Below are positions 50,501 to 64,000 of a stretch of DNA of 64,000 nucleotides, one piece after another (position 1 is the stretch's first letter; each line of letters starts with the position of its first letter). Position numbers and translations under genes: made by a program. The notes under the pieces are model-generated. The model worked only from the letters and a program-made list of their open reading frames with translations, was not told the origin of the DNA and did no database searches. The DNA comes from Marsupella aquatica. Its lineage: Eukaryota > Plantae > Marchantiophyta. The DNA lies in contig OZ316892.1 of the NCBI GenBank assembly GCA_973895155.1, forward strand, positions 21,763,619 to 21,827,618. Direction: 5' to 3'.

Positions 50501-51971
50501 TCAACCGGTCTCTGAGATAAGTCGCACAGGCTTGTACTGTTCACAGCCGTCTAGCATCTGGATCAGCGTTGGTTGGAGTGAACTGGGCTGTTCGCAAATG
50601 CAAGCTTGAGAGGAAGTGAGGTTGTTCTATGTTCTGATTCTGAATTGGCTATGGCTCTAAATGATCTATTGCAGCTTCAAAGCGACCCTGGGTTAGAATT
50701 GTCTCTGAAGAGATCATCCGATTTGACAGCAGTACAGGACACCCCAAAATCAGGTTTGTCAACCACTTCGTACTTTTACCAATATTTGCAGTCGTTTGTA
50801 AGCGAGAAATATTCCAAGAGGCTAGATCTCTTATTCTAGCTCTATGCGTCTTTGACGTCATGTAGGGCAAATATCGTCGCCTCCAAAGAAAACCGAGTTC
50901 AAGATTGGAGAGTCTTCTGCATTCCTGGCCTACACCAAATTTTGTGATCGGCAGGGTGAACAGCAAGTCGAAAAACAGTCGAAGCTGTCTCACAGTAAAG
51001 ATGGTCTTCATCCGAAGTCATCGGTCCCGACTCATGGAAGAAGTGAAAGGAATGAACGATCAACGGATCGGCAACAGAGGGTTCTGCCTCAGGGTTCTGA
51101 TGCCCATGACCAGTCCCCAATTGTGCAGCAGAACCACGCAGCAGCACCAGTAAGTCTTCCACATGGTGAACTGTCCATGGAGCATTCAATCGCTTCCTGG
51201 GAAGCCGGCAACAATAGCACAGGAGCAAGAGGTTCAAATCCTAATGTCTATATGGGCCAGAGGAGCCTCGGGGCGCCCAATAATGGGCCTGGATGGAATG
51301 AACAACTGAGACGTAGAGGATTCCCCCAGCCTCCTGTAGAGCAACTGCCCATGTTCCAAATGCACATACAGAATGAAAGCCTCATGGGGGTACCTACAAT
51401 TCCTCCCTTTGCATCATCTCACCACCTTCCCCCAAATATGCTGGCAGCAAATATGCATCCATCGGCAATGATGGCTCCGCCGATGCAATTGTATTGTGGT
51501 TTAGAAGGCCCTATGGCGCTTAACGCGAGAATTCCTCCCTTACATTCCTTACCACCAGGTCATCCAGGTCATGCTTTGGGCCCCCATGCAGGCTATTCTT
51601 ATTATCCAATTTCACTTCCTCCCCAGATGGGACAACCTGCTCACATGTGGTCTCCCATGCTAACCATGCCCATCTCCGAGCACAAGCTTGAGAGAGCAGA
51701 GAGGAGGGAGGCTGCACTAAGTAAGTTCAGACAAAAGCGGAAAGACAGGTGCTTCGAGAAGAAAATCCGCTATGTGAGCCGAAAACGGTTAGCAGAGCAG
51801 CGGCCAAGGAACAGAGGTCAATTTGTGCGCAGGAACAGTGGATCAGAAGTTGGTGGAGGGGTAGATGAATCAGAGGATGAGGATGAAGAGGATGAAAACG
51901 AGAATATGTCAGTTGGCGAAGCTAGTGACAGTTATCCTGTTGACAGAGTTGCCTTCTGTGTGAGGCTGTAG
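47595..51971 (+). CDS. TOC1: Pseudo-response regulator TOC1/PRR1. Exons 47595-47736, 48612-48773, 49313-49446, 49719-50081, 50675-50753, 50866-51971
   Basis: [19 protein letters not shown] (Glu at the phospho-Asp position), [31 protein letters not shown], the TOC1-type [14 protein letters not shown] motif, and a CCT domain [43 protein letters not shown]. Confidence 0.95.
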
Positions 51972-53349
51972 TGATACAGAAATCTTAGTGTTTTGATATC
52001 AGTCTGGCTCTACCCATTATTTGCGTCTCGCTCACTACATGATTCATCTCTCTTTTAGAGAAAATTGATTTACAGTTTTCGTCTTTCGGTGAAGATCTCG
52101 TAGATAGGAAGCAGGCCTCACTCATAATTTGTCTCTTCTTGTTCTTCGTGGTCTTCATGACCTCTGATCGTTCCAGGTTCAGGAACACTTTTCTCCTGTT
52201 GAACATGTCGCTAGAGCGGTCCACAATTTTATCACCAGAAGATAGTGGAAAGTGCCACAAAAGCTGTGGCCCTTGTGTACATGTTTCTATTGATGATATT
52301 CCGAAGTGCATTCGTATGTTTCAATTCGTTGCTCTGGAAGATGACTCGTTGGAGCAGTGGAACAGCCTTAAGAATAATCTGGGGAGTGAGAAAAAGTATG
52401 CCCGGAAGTGCATGGGTGTTCGTTGGCCTCTGTGAGGAGAGACCACTGGCATGGTTATCCACGCTCGGTGAGAAACTGTACGATGATGATGTTGGGAGTA
52501 AAGCTGTCACTATGACTCGTTGCGAATTGCCCTGCCAGCTTAAGCCTTCCCTTTCCTTTTTGTAATTCTACTGTCTAGCATAACAGGAGAACTTGGATTC
52601 GGTTTACAAAGTGTGCTTTTCCACGGAGACATCTTTTTTGACTGGACAGAAGAAGAATGCTGCAGCCCTTGCAGATGTCATGGTTGTGCACCAGACCAAG
52701 GACCTAACGGAGTGCCAATGTATTGCTCGAGTAGAGCAAGAAATGCCTCCAGCCCACAGCACTGATTGGGGAGAGCATTTCCTTCATTTAAGCTGTGGAG
52801 GGATATGACGTAACTGAAGCCGTGGAGTAGAGGCTTGGAATTAGACGTGTCTAGCAATGTAATTCTCTGAAATGAAGGGGAACTTCATGTCCTGTTTGAT
52901 CAGATGACTATCGATGTGTTTGCCGATCTCACGGCGAAATTTTCCACTCGAGTTGAGGAGTATCTGTTGAGGGAATGTATGTCGAGTGAAGAGCACTGAT
53001 CTCTGGTAATAAAAGCTGACTAATACAAGACACTGATACCTTAATTTCAACTTCTGAGAAAGGCTTGAAATCTACACACACTACAACATTCGAGCCTGTC
53101 TGTTCTGTGGCCATAAGTTTGAAAACCTGTTTACTTGTCAGTGTTTTAACAGGACAAGAGCACATCCTTGTGTGCCCTCCATCTTCCAGCATGTGCCATG
53201 TCTCACCATCTGTGCCTCACCCTCCGAGCCTCTATCTCTGCCTCAACCTTGTGATTGTGTGACACATGAGCATTGGGCTAGTGATAGACACCTCACCCTC
53301 AAGGTAGCTATCTGTGCCTCCCTTGTGATTGTGCAACACATGAGCATTG

Positions 53350-53575
53350 GGTTAGTGGGTGATATATTGACATCATTAATGAGCAATCCTTTATAGAAGG
53401 CAAGTAAGCATTACATGCTAGGTTTTTAGGTTTTGGGTTTTGTTTGGGTTTTTTGTGAAGCAGGTTAGTGGTAGATATATTGACATAATTAATAAGCAAA
53501 TCCTTGATAGAAGGCAAGTAAGCATTAGATGCTAGGTTTTTTGGTTTTGGGTTTTGTTTGGGTTTTTTGTGAAGC
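53350..53575. repeat. Two-copy tandem duplication of about 113 bp
   Basis: GGTTAGTGG..GATATATTGACAT...GGGTTTTTTGTGAAGC occurs twice. Confidence 0.85.
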
Positions 53576-56117
53576 TCTCCCTGAGCTTTATCAAGGCAAC
53601 AGGTAGAAACAGTCACAGACAGGTCTGTTCCTGGTGCCTCAATGCAGGACATGTGGATGCAACTGAAAAACCTGTATCATGTGAATTGTCTTTTGATAAT
53701 AACAGTCACATACTTGTCTATTTTTGTTGAGTCCCCAAGAAGGATGTGGGGAAAAAAACAGGTTCATGTATTTCTGTTTTGGTTTCTTGCTTAGCTTGGA
53801 AGGTGGGTGCATCACAAAAGAATAACCATCAAGGCAGCCATCCACATGCTGTTGTCCTCCAAATTAACATATATGTATTTAGAGTTTGTGAGCGAAGTCT
53901 ATAGTTCATGACCTGTTCCATCGAGTGAAGCAATAGCACTAATTTCCCTGGTCACATCTTTTCAGAAAATATTTAGACTGTACTTGTAACTTGCGACGGG
54001 CATGGGGAATTTGGATACCGGCAGCCCTTGTTGTGCATATGCACAGGTATTCGGGCGAGTCCATGAAACTTGCAAATATTAAATGGTTCACACCAGTTGC
54101 CTACATTAATAAAACCAATTCAGTCACCTGCAGTTTTGATATCCAGCTTTTCCATATTTGGTAGGCACCAAATCGCATTCGAGAGAGTGGAAGATATTCC
54201 AATTGTGGGGCCAGTTTTATCCTTCTATGCCTCCTGCTGGCATGAGGCTATTTTTGAGAGTGTTGGTGCAAACTCTCTATGAATGTTTCAAGAAATTGTA
54301 GCTAAACACCCCGAATTGAACCCTCATTTGATCAGCACTCAAGCTCCACACCTCTGCTATTGTGGACGCTTTCAAATACATTTTTTGTTTGTGCCCACAA
54401 GTAGGAGATATGGGTGCAGGGGCAAAAACACAAACATGTCCTCTCCCAAGTTTTGGCTGGTTAACGCTAGAGTTCACATTTTGTAACTCATTGGTTGACT
54501 TATGACCACAAGTCTTGCCAACTCACAGTCTCATGTTCCATAACTTCTAGCCTTAAGCAATGGCTGTAAGGGAAGGGTGTTACCTGCTTGGCAGGCTGGC
54601 CAAAAGGAAAAACAAAAGTTAAATTTCATCAAAACAATTCACCATCAAGTGGGACCAAAGGCTATTGACCACACCTATTGAGATTTGAGACTCCCTATCA
54701 CTTAAATTGAAGGAAACGTCTCCGCCCTCAAAAGCTCAGGTTCCAATAGCAAACATATCTTCTCGCATAAGTGCACACTCAAGAACCCACGTGGACTCAA
54801 TATTCTGCATACAAAAGGTCTCCCCTGGAAAATGAGAAAGATCATTCCAATATTGTCTCTCTTGGAAAATAATAAAGTTTAAATTATTATATGAAGATCA
54901 AAGCTTAGAGAAGCCTACAACACATCTAGCTGCTAATACTCAGGCTGAGTCATCATCATTATTGCCTGCATTATTGTAGTCTTTGTAAATAATAAAAGGT
55001 CCACACTAGTCTCAATTTCTACAAACTCCTATGCCCTAGATATTGATACTGTTTAAATTCCCCTAAGATGAAAATTTTAGTGGTGAATTTTCACCACAAC
55101 AGCCATGATTACAAAAACAATATACATGCTCCTGGTAAAGGAAGCATGTATATTGTTTCTTTTTCTTGCTAGACCTATCAAAAGGTCTTGACTGTTTCTG
55201 GCAAAATGATCTCATAAAGAAGCTATTCACAAACTTGCTAAGAAAGGCACAAATGACAAAAGCAACACTAAAAGAAAGATTTGCATGAAAATGTTTGTGG
55301 CAACCAAATCTGTGCTAGTAGTGCACACATTCAATTTCACTATGAATGGACTTGTGCAAAACAAGGGCTTGGGCTTCAATTTTTACAAATACTTCATTGT
55401 TCACCATGGGATAGGAATGAGTAGTAGCGTGGCAGGAAATCAAAGGGAGCACTTTTACATGGGCAGGTATGGTTTAACAGTCATGGAAGTACACTAACAT
55501 GTATTCTACAACAATGCCCCTCACTAATAGCCATGGAATTACACTAACATGTCTTCTACCGTAATGCACCTCTATTCATATTGTTCAAGGTCAAGATAGA
55601 AAATTCAGACAAGCTCGGGAAGTCAAAGCAGCTTGTTGAGAAATGGTCCACCATGGAAAAGTTTACAGAAAGAACAAACATCATGACAAGGGAGACAAAT
55701 GCATTCTCTCCTGCTCAGTGAATTTAAACTCAGATGTAGAGTGTCAAAGACGGTACTTTGCAAACATATAATTGAAGTGAGCACTCGGGGCACCACGACA
55801 ACAAACTTTTACAAAAGATGTCAATGGAACAAATACAGTGCAAGATTTGACATTCATTTTGTCAGTGTTGTTAAACTATTCCCTAAATGCTTGGGGCAAA
55901 TGTGTAAAGCGGGATGATAAAACTAATTAATTGTCTACAAAAGAATTGTCTATTGCTACAAAGACTTCCAATTAATGAATCAACGTGTTTATGAAAAGAA
56001 TAGTGTATTTCTGCAAAGACACAAATGAATAAAAACAAATTAATATCTATAGAAGAATGTGTAGTGTGCCTGCCAAGATTTCATGTGCAAAAGGAAACGA
56101 CGATGTCTTTGTTGTAT

Positions 56118-57015
56118 TCATCTAGTAGTGCAATTTGTTTGTCGGTGCGCCAAGACCTGCATTGCATGCGCCATATTTTTAAACACCAACACCATGGCTT
56201 TTTGATCAGCAGACAACATTGACTCTTTCTGATGAACCATTTTTGCTTTCTTGAGGTCAAATGTTTATCAAAGCAAAACGTCCTCTTTGTCATTTGATCA
56301 TTAAGAGAGGAAATCAAACTTTTGTGGCTAGTCTTTAGAACTCCTGAGATGTTGGTTGTCCGTCTTCTCTTAGCCATGCGTGGAGTAGATCCTGCAACGT
56401 TGTCTCAAGGGGCCAAAGGAATATTATTAGTCTCTCTTTGATTGTCAACGGACAAATCAATTGTCTGGTTCTCATCCTTAATACTTTGTTGCAGAAGGGA
56501 TTTGATCAGGACGTGGTGCGACTGGATTCTGAGTAACTAGTGCTGATGGATTCTGAGGAGCAATTCGCACACCTAAATCAAATGTGAAAGCCATACCAGG
56601 GTACTACAAGCAAAAAGTGTCCATTAATCAGACAAATATTTGTTAAACTTGGGAAGAAGCTTAGCCTGAATGTGCTTGTTCTTGCTCATGTTGTAGTATG
56701 ACGTCCCTCTAGAAGACAAAACCAAATGTCAGATTGCCTTCCAATCCCTAAAGAGATTGTACCACTTTGTGGTGCACACTGGTCCTTTTCTGTCAGCATA
56801 GCCCTTGGCACTCATGAACAGTGAAATGTCATTCCACATTTGCACACTTGAAAGGAATCGCCGTTGGCTAACATTATTGATATCCAACTCCAACTCTGTT
56901 TCTTAACCTAAGCAAGGCAAATCATTTTTGGTTTGGTCCAATTTGACGCTGAAGGTCTCACTGGTTGTTGAGAGTCGGGAATCGAGAAAGTAGCAGCAGA
57001 GGGAGTAGTGGCCAT
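56118..57015 (-). pseudogene. Intronless trihelix Myb/SANT pseudogene (possible PIF/Harbinger ORF1 relic)
   Basis: Manual translation gives MATTPS...NWTKPKMICLA*, a frameshift, then MWNDISLFMSAKGYADRKGPVCTTKWYNLFRDWKAI*..SYYNMSK..KLLPKF..LMDTF. Downstream are an NLS-like AKRRRT and a C-terminal helical segment. Confidence 0.72.
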
Positions 57016-57520
57016 TGCAAATGCACAACAATTAATGCTTATGGAAGCATCAAAAGACAACACTCAGCTAAACATGTATTCCTCACACGACACTCCCCGC
57101 CTCAATTTGTGCTGGCAGGGTGCGCAAATCTCAGCTGAACATGTATTCGCTCACCGACTATCACTAACTAGTGATCATCAATGAATTTAACTATGATTTC
57201 TATCGGAGTTGAACACTTGGGCCAGTGGGCCCTGCGCCTGGTTATCTTTCCATTTAACACATTAGTTATGAACATAACTTTAGGTGGAAACCCTTCACAC
57301 TAGGAGATGTCTTGCATGTAAGTGACTCTTTCTTTAGAGGCCCTGAGTTCTGCCTAACTTGCTGTTTCTAGGTGTCACCAAAAAAGCTTAGCCTTAGTTG
57401 CCGCTTAGTCCCCTTACCTCATTTTGTTTTATTCAGATTTCACAGGTGATGAACTCAAGATTCAAGGCTAATACTTTTACAGCCCTTGCCTTTGGATCTC
57501 CACTTTAACTGTCTTCAGAG

Positions 57521-57652
57521 GGGGTCAGGCTTGAGCTTCTCAACTACAATACAACTTGAGGAGTCCAGTTTAGGGCTGCAAGGGTTGGGGTCAGGCTTGA
57601 GCTTCTCAACTACAATACAACTTGAGGAGTCCAGTTTAGGGCTGCAAGGGTT
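57521..57652. repeat. Perfect two-copy 66-bp tandem duplication
   Basis: GGGGTCAGGCTTGAGC...GCAAGGGTT starts at 57521 and again at 57587. Confidence 0.9.
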
Positions 57653-57704
57653 GCCTACATGCAAGACAACCCTACCATGTTCTTATAGCAATGCTGCTCC
57701 CTAG

Positions 57705-58397
57705 CATCTATGGAAGTACATATGCCCCACCCTCTTACATCCTTCTCTCTTACATCTTTGGAATTATAGTAACATGTCTTTCACAAGAGTGTTCTTTACA
57801 TCTTTGGAGCTACAATAACATGTCTTCTACATTAGTGTGCCCTTCTTACCCCCCCACCCTCTCTTAGATCTTTGGAATTATACTAAGATGTCTTCTATAT
57901 TATTTCCCCCTCTCTTACACTGTTGGAATTACACTAACATGTATTCTACATTAGTTCTCCTCTTCTTCTATCTTTGGAATTACACTCACATGTCGTCTAC
58001 ATTAGTTCCCCCCCTTCTTACATCTTTGGAATTACACTATCATGTCTTCCACAAAAGAGTTATTACATCTTTGGAAACACATTTACATGTCTTCCACATT
58101 GGCGTTCTCTACATCTTGGAAGTACTTTGACATTTCTTCCAAAGTGGTGCTCTCTACTTCTTAGCAATGGCATTAACATGTCTTCCACACTAGTGTTCTT
58201 GACACATGTCTTCCACATTGGTGTTCTTTACACATGTCTTCCACATTACTGTTCTTTACACATGTCTTTGAGACTACAGTGAGATGTCTTCTACAGTGGC
58301 GTGTTTACATCTTAGGAATGACAGTAACATGTCGTCCGCACTAGCGTTCTTTACATCCTAGGAATGACAGTAACATGTCTCTTACACTTGTGTTCTT
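57705..58397. repeat. Degenerate minisatellite, units of about 40-45 bp
   Basis: Consensus resembling TTACATCTTTGGAATTACACTAACATGTCTTCTACATTAGTGTTC. Further units lie at about 55480-55580. Confidence 0.85.
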
Positions 58398-59438
58398 CGT
58401 TGTCTAGGGTTTTAGGTTGGACTGCCCTGAACGTCCACTGGCGACGGAAACAGTGCAAGTCCAGTCACATAAAGAGCAAAAAGCCTTAGTTTGGCCTTTT
58501 GCTCTGCTCGATTGCCTTTGCTTGCTTGCTTGCTTCCCGTTCCATCCATCTTCCTCCTTCCTTCCTTCCGCAGCTGCTGCTGCTGCTCGTCTGCTTCTCA
58601 AGTACAGTAGACGATGATCACGGAAAGTCTCCCCATGCAGAGAGGAATTCATCGGATCGGGGAACGAAGGAATGCGTGAATGGGACACTTTTTCCCCGAG
58701 TAATTTCCCGATCCCTGTGCCTCTGTGTCCCGGGAAGTCGGCGACGAACGCAGGAGTTGCTGCAGCAGCAGGAGGGTGATTCTAGGTCTGCTGTGGAATT
58801 GAATTCGGGAATTTTTCATTCGCGCAGGGTCCGCCTCTGAGCCCAATCCGCTGTGGGGGCTGCTGCTGGCGGAGAGCGATTCGCGCTCGGGGCGGATTCG
58901 TCATGAGACGCGGATCAGTCAAGAAGCGGTACTATCGCGGGAAATGCTCGTAGGAAGCTGGTGCTGGGGCTGGTGCTACGGTTGCTCGGAGGTCCTCTTG
59001 CTTGTCGCAGCGCAGGAAAGGAAAACAATCTGCGTCGGGAGGAGATGGGTGCTTCAAGCTGAGGTTCTTTAGGGTTTTGGAGGTGGGTGAATATATGTCT
59101 TTTCATTGTTGGGCAGATTCTTTGTCTCGGTCATTTTGATACGATCCTGCAATTTTCGCCTTGGATTTCTAGTCCTGCCTTTCGCGTTGGGGATGTAATT
59201 ATTTACGTGCAATCTCCTTCGTGCCCTGTCTCACTCCCCGAATCCTCTTCAGAGCTGTCAGACAGGGAGAGGACCATTCGAGATTCATTTCACTTTAGCT
59301 TTCAAAACCTGACAAGAGCTTGTCATTGTCCTAAGTCAGCCGAGAGGAGTGCGCGAGGCGGAGGAATCGTGGATTTAATCACGATCTACAAGGCTACAGA
59401 ACATCTAAATTTGTTGGCTCCACCGGGGGGTTAGAAAG

Positions 59439-62400
59439 ATGGATATGGCTGCGGAGCAGCAGATGAATGCACGGGTGGCAGCTGTGTTAGGAGGCGATTC
59501 GGTCGTCGAACTGGAGGCTCTGGTAGCGCAGCTAATGAGCGCCGGAAATGAGCAGAGGGGGCAGGCAGAGGCGGTATTTAATAAATGCAAGGAGACTCAT
59601 GCAGAATCTCTCGTCCTCAAGTTGGTCCACGCTCTGGGATCTTCTGAACATGTGGAGGTCCGAGCCATGGTCGCCATCCTCCTCCGTAAGCTCATAACAA
59701 AAGATGACGTCTCTCTGTGGAAGAAGCTCCCTTCCGCAACTCAGGTGGCAGTCAAGGCTCAGCTTTTGGCGTGTGTGCAACGTGAGGAGGTGAAGTCTAT
59801 TCTGAAGAAGCTCTGTGACACGGTAACCGAGCTAGCAGCCGACATTTTGGAGGATGGACAGTGGCCCGAGTTGCTCCCTTTCATGTTTCGATGGGTGAGC
59901 TCCGATTCAATGAAGCTTAGGGAGAGCTCCCTCACCATGTTTGCACAGCTAGCTCCATACATAGGTCCGCAGCTTAGGTCACATTTGCCCACTTTGCACG
60001 CCGTGTTCCAGCAGTGTTTATCTTCAACGACATCTAGTGAACTGCGTTTGGCGGCCTTGAGGGCTACTACGCATTTTGTTGCCACACTGGAGTCCGCTCA
60101 AGATCGGGCATGCTTTCAGGATCTTCTCCCCGGGATGTTGCAGACTTTGTCTTTAGCTCTTAATAATCGTGAGGAAGCAACAGCACAGGAGGCACTGGAG
60201 ATGTTTATTGCTGTGGCCGGAACTGAGCCTCGTTTTCTCCGTAGGCAATTAGCAGAAGTAGTGGGAAATATGCTACAGATTGCAGAAGCTGAGGAGCTGG
60301 ATGAAGGCACTCGGCACCTGGCTGTTGAGTTTCTGATCACTTTGGCGGAAGCGAGAGAACGAGCTCCAGGCATGATGCGGAAGCTACCCCAGTTTATTGG
60401 TAGACTGTTCGGAACGCTGATGAATATGCTTCTGGATATAGACGACGAACCGGCATGGCATTCTGCAGACAGCGAGGACGAGGATGGTGGGGAGAGCAGT
60501 AATTATGAAGTCGGTCAAGAGTGTCTAGATCGGTTGGCAATTGCCCTGGGGGGCAACACTGTTTTGCCTGTTGCATCACAAGTCCTCCCTCCTTTTATTG
60601 CCGATAGTGATTGGAAAAAACGGCATGCTGCTCTTATCACACTCGCCCAGATTGCAGAGGGATGTTCTAAGGTAATGAATCGGTGAGTTTTAGCTGTTCG
60701 TTCCGTTGATTCGGGGTCGGGGCAATTAGAAGCAGATGTTTTTGGTCCTGGTCTCTATAAGTATATGACTCGAAACTCCTTCATGAGGAGTATCTTCAGC
60801 CTGAAGTGGTTGTAGGGGAAATCTTCCTTTTTCCAACGAAATGTCTCTACGTGGTCGTTTTGAATACACACTGGAATCTCTTGGTCATAAGGGAATGAGT
60901 GCAAAGTGATTTCCAAGTGTAAGTAACTTGATACTAAGTTTTCAAGACGATGGATATGTGCAGGTGATGACAAAAAATCTCGGGCCAGTTGTGGATATGG
61001 TTCTTAACTCTTTCCGGGATCCTCATCCTCGAGTCAGATGGGCAGCCATTAATACCATAGGCCAACTTTCAACTGATTTGGGGCCAGTTTTACAGCAAGA
61101 ACATCACCAGCGTGTGCTTCCAGCTCTTGTTGGTGCGATGGATGACTTTCAGAATCCACGCGTTCAGGTGAATTCCCAGGCCAATACTGTATTCTGTAGT
61201 TGCGCCTTTGTTTGAGGGTCGGACCTGTTGAGTTCGCGTCATTTTGCCTTGGCTCAATCGAACAACAGTTTCTTTGCTGAGCCTTCCTTCTCTACGGAAC
61301 CTCAATGTTAATCAGACATTACTGGTTCGTGAGGTTTTCTGAGTTTTACTCATAAAACTTATATTTTGACGGAAGAAAGCCTGGTCAACTGTCTGGAAAG
61401 TCCTGTTCTATCTGATTTTGCTATAATTTAGCTTGATATCCTATTTTGAAGACTTCTGTGTCAGCGAACCTCCGTTTGTGTTGACAGTTCTGAGTCAGTT
61501 TTGACTTTCAACGGAGATTGGACCCTTCACGATTCTGACTTTCATTCTTGTTACAGGCACATGCAGCTGCTGCCATTCTGAACTTCAGTGAAAGCTGCAC
61601 ACCAGAGATTTTGACTCCTTATTTGGACGGTGTCATCAGCAAGTTACTTGTTCTGTTGCAGGTATGGTAGAGGTACCACTGTTGCTCAGATGATCTCTGG
61701 ATAAAGCCTATCCTGGTTTTCATTTTAACCCTCATTTGGATCTGGATGCAGAACGGTAAACGAATGGTGCAAGAAGGGGCATTAACAGCTCTTGCTTCAG
61801 TCGCAGATTCGGCACAGGTAGAGATGTCCGAAAACCCTAACACTGTTTTTGTTCACCCCACTATTTGGCTTCCACCATTCAGGCAATCTCAGGAAAATTT
61901 CCAATGCATAGTGGCTTGTACTCGCAGGCTCTGTTCCAAAAGTATTATGATTTGGTCATGCCCTACTTGAAGACGATATTAGTGAATGCCAATGACAAGA
62001 CAAACCGAATGTTGCGAGCAAAATCCATGGAGTGCATAAGTCTTGTTGGCATGGCTGTTGGAAAGGATAAGTTCAGAGATGATGCAAAGCAGGTGTGTCC
62101 CAATGGTTCTTTTCGATCTTGTACCTATGCTTGACTCGAATGTGTAATCTGTTTTACCTTTGTTAGGTGATCACTTCAAAAAGGGTATATTGACTACTAG
62201 AACCACATTCCCGCTTTGATAGCTCGCACTCTGTTTACCTTCTGAGTTTGAATAGGCATATCATTCCTACTTCGGAGTTTGAATTAGAGTATCACTCTTC
62301 TGATTTAGGTTTCTTAGGTAATGTACTTGAGAGCTTCAATACAGAAGTCTGAATTATTTCCAGACTCTCACCCCATTACACTGTAATCTTCATTTATGTT

Positions 62401-63777
62401 TGAAGTTCGAGACGTTTTTCTTGCTCAACGCTTTCCTCGGTCAGATCTTCCTGTCAATTAGAAAATCTCCAGTCATTCTTCCTTACCATATAAATTAGGA
62501 GCGAGTGTGCCTTGTTCGTTCTGCAGAGTGTGAGCCCTATTCTGATGACAACCTCTTCCCGGACCGATTTTGTGCAGGTCATGGATGTGCTTATGTCTCT
62601 CCAAACGGTTCAAATGGACGACGACGATCCAACAATCAGCTATATGCTTCAGGTGGAAAATCGATTATGGCAGCGCTCTGTTTCTTTAGTGTTCTTGTCG
62701 TTGTGGTGGGTTGGGTGAAGTTGCGGTGGGGTGGGGGACAGCTTATTATGGAGAATTTCGTTCACCTCCTAGAAGTGGAACTTCATTAATAGAGGTCTGG
62801 GATAACGCTTGGGAAACAGAGTAGACTCAAGACTGTAATTTTGTTTTGATGAGTGTCTCTGGCGCTTCTGATGATGGTCGGTCAGATAGAAGCACCATAT
62901 TGTTGATATGAGTTTCAGCTTAGCGGCTTCTCCTGTCATTGGCTTTTGCTGGACACAGGCTTGGGCTCGGCTTTGCAAGTGTTTGGGACAGGAATTTCTG
63001 CCCTACATGAGTGTTGTGATGCCTCCGTTGCTCCGCTCAGCTCAACTCAAGCCCGATGTGACTATAACTGACGCAGATTCTGATGATGATGGAAATGATA
63101 CAGATGATGACAGGTAACTTCACTCAGGCATCTCAGGAAACTGAGAAATGATGATTATTTGCTTTGAGAAAACCTGCTGTAGAGCAAAATGATTTAGTTG
63201 AATGGCACTGTAACTGACACATGTTTTGCTTCTTGTCAAGTACTGTAATGTCGTATTAGTGTAAGGAGTAAAATGATACACTCAGTTTATTAGAAAGATG
63301 GAGGGATGCGCTATTTAAGTTCACATGCCACAGAAGGCTGGTTTGTTTGTTGCCGAGTTTTGTATAATTACGTGGGCCACCGTAGGTAATTAAGTGCTTG
63401 CTCCCAGTGTGAGTGCTGTGCAATGTTTTTACTCTGGCAAGTCCAATGCAGTGTTGAGACAATAACCGTTGGCGATAAGAAGATTGGAATTAGAACAAGT
63501 ATTTTGGAAGAGAAAGCAACGGCCTGCAATATGCTTTGCTGCTACGCCGATGAGCTCAAGGAAGGGTTTTATCCATGGATTGATCAGGTTCGCTCAAGTT
63601 TATCCCATCTCTTTATGTCATTTATTCTGTTTCCCATAGCACCGAGCTCAAAACTCAATAAGCTTACGTCACAGTAGCTAATCGAGTGGTGGTGAGTGAT
63701 GTGCCAGGTTGCTCCTATCCTGGTACCCCTCTTGAAGTTCTACTTCCACGAGGAAGTTCGGAAAGCTGCTGTATCAG
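59439..63777 (+). CDS. IPO5: Importin-5 / karyopherin beta-3 (RanBP5/Pse1 family), 3'-truncated by the window. Exons 59439-60671, 60964-61167, 61557-61661, 61752-61817, 61928-62092, 62578-62652, 62959-63113, 63452-63587, 63708-63777
   Basis: HEAT-repeat motifs WPELLPFMF, GTRHLAVEFLITLAEARERAPGMMRKLP, GQECLDRLAIALGG, PRVRWAAINTIGQLSTDLGP, LRAKSMECISLVGMAVGK, LEEKATACNMLCCYADELKEGF and LKFYFHEEVRKAA. All introns are GT-AG and in phase. Confidence 0.96.
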
Positions 63778-64000
63778 GTAATCGATTTTAAATCTGGGTT
63801 ATTAAAACATGTTTCACGGTAGTGGAACTACTATCATAGTCTTACCTTTTTGCAGCTTGTCTTGAGTTTTCCCGGGGAAGGTTCAAGCGTGAGAATTGAT
63901 GATATTATTTCGTTTTCTGCCCAGTTGTTTTTTTTTGGCATATATTAGTTTTGATGCTATGTTATTTAAATGATGATAATCGCGTGCCCTGCCTCTAAAC

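Noticed and set aside
59532-60579. Antisense ORFs over importin-5 exon 1
   Set aside because: Shadow ORFs of a conserved coding exon.

Overview
Eukaryotic nuclear DNA from a land plant with spliceosomal introns, probably a seed-free lineage (inferred mainly from a CEP131-like gene). I read five intact + strand genes by hand. They are a 71-aa two-exon membrane microprotein (8671-9533), Exonuclease V (9657-13099) starting only 123 nt after it, a coiled-coil CEP131/AZI1-like gene (18260-21495), the clock gene TOC1/PRR1 (47595-51971), and importin-5 (59439 to beyond the window end). The intergenic DNA is rich in transposons: two non-autonomous Helitrons, a Bianca-type Ty1/copia with identical 107-bp LTRs, four Mutator-like elements with 10-bp TSDs, a MITE carrying a tRNA-like head, and a poly(A) retroposon. 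There is also a trihelix Myb/SANT pseudogene and several tandem repeats. The two most notable signals are a candidate bicistronic microprotein-EXO5 transcript and a decayed, intron-containing Crypton/DUF3504-type tyrosine-recombinase element. All family assignments come from motif recognition; no database search was run.
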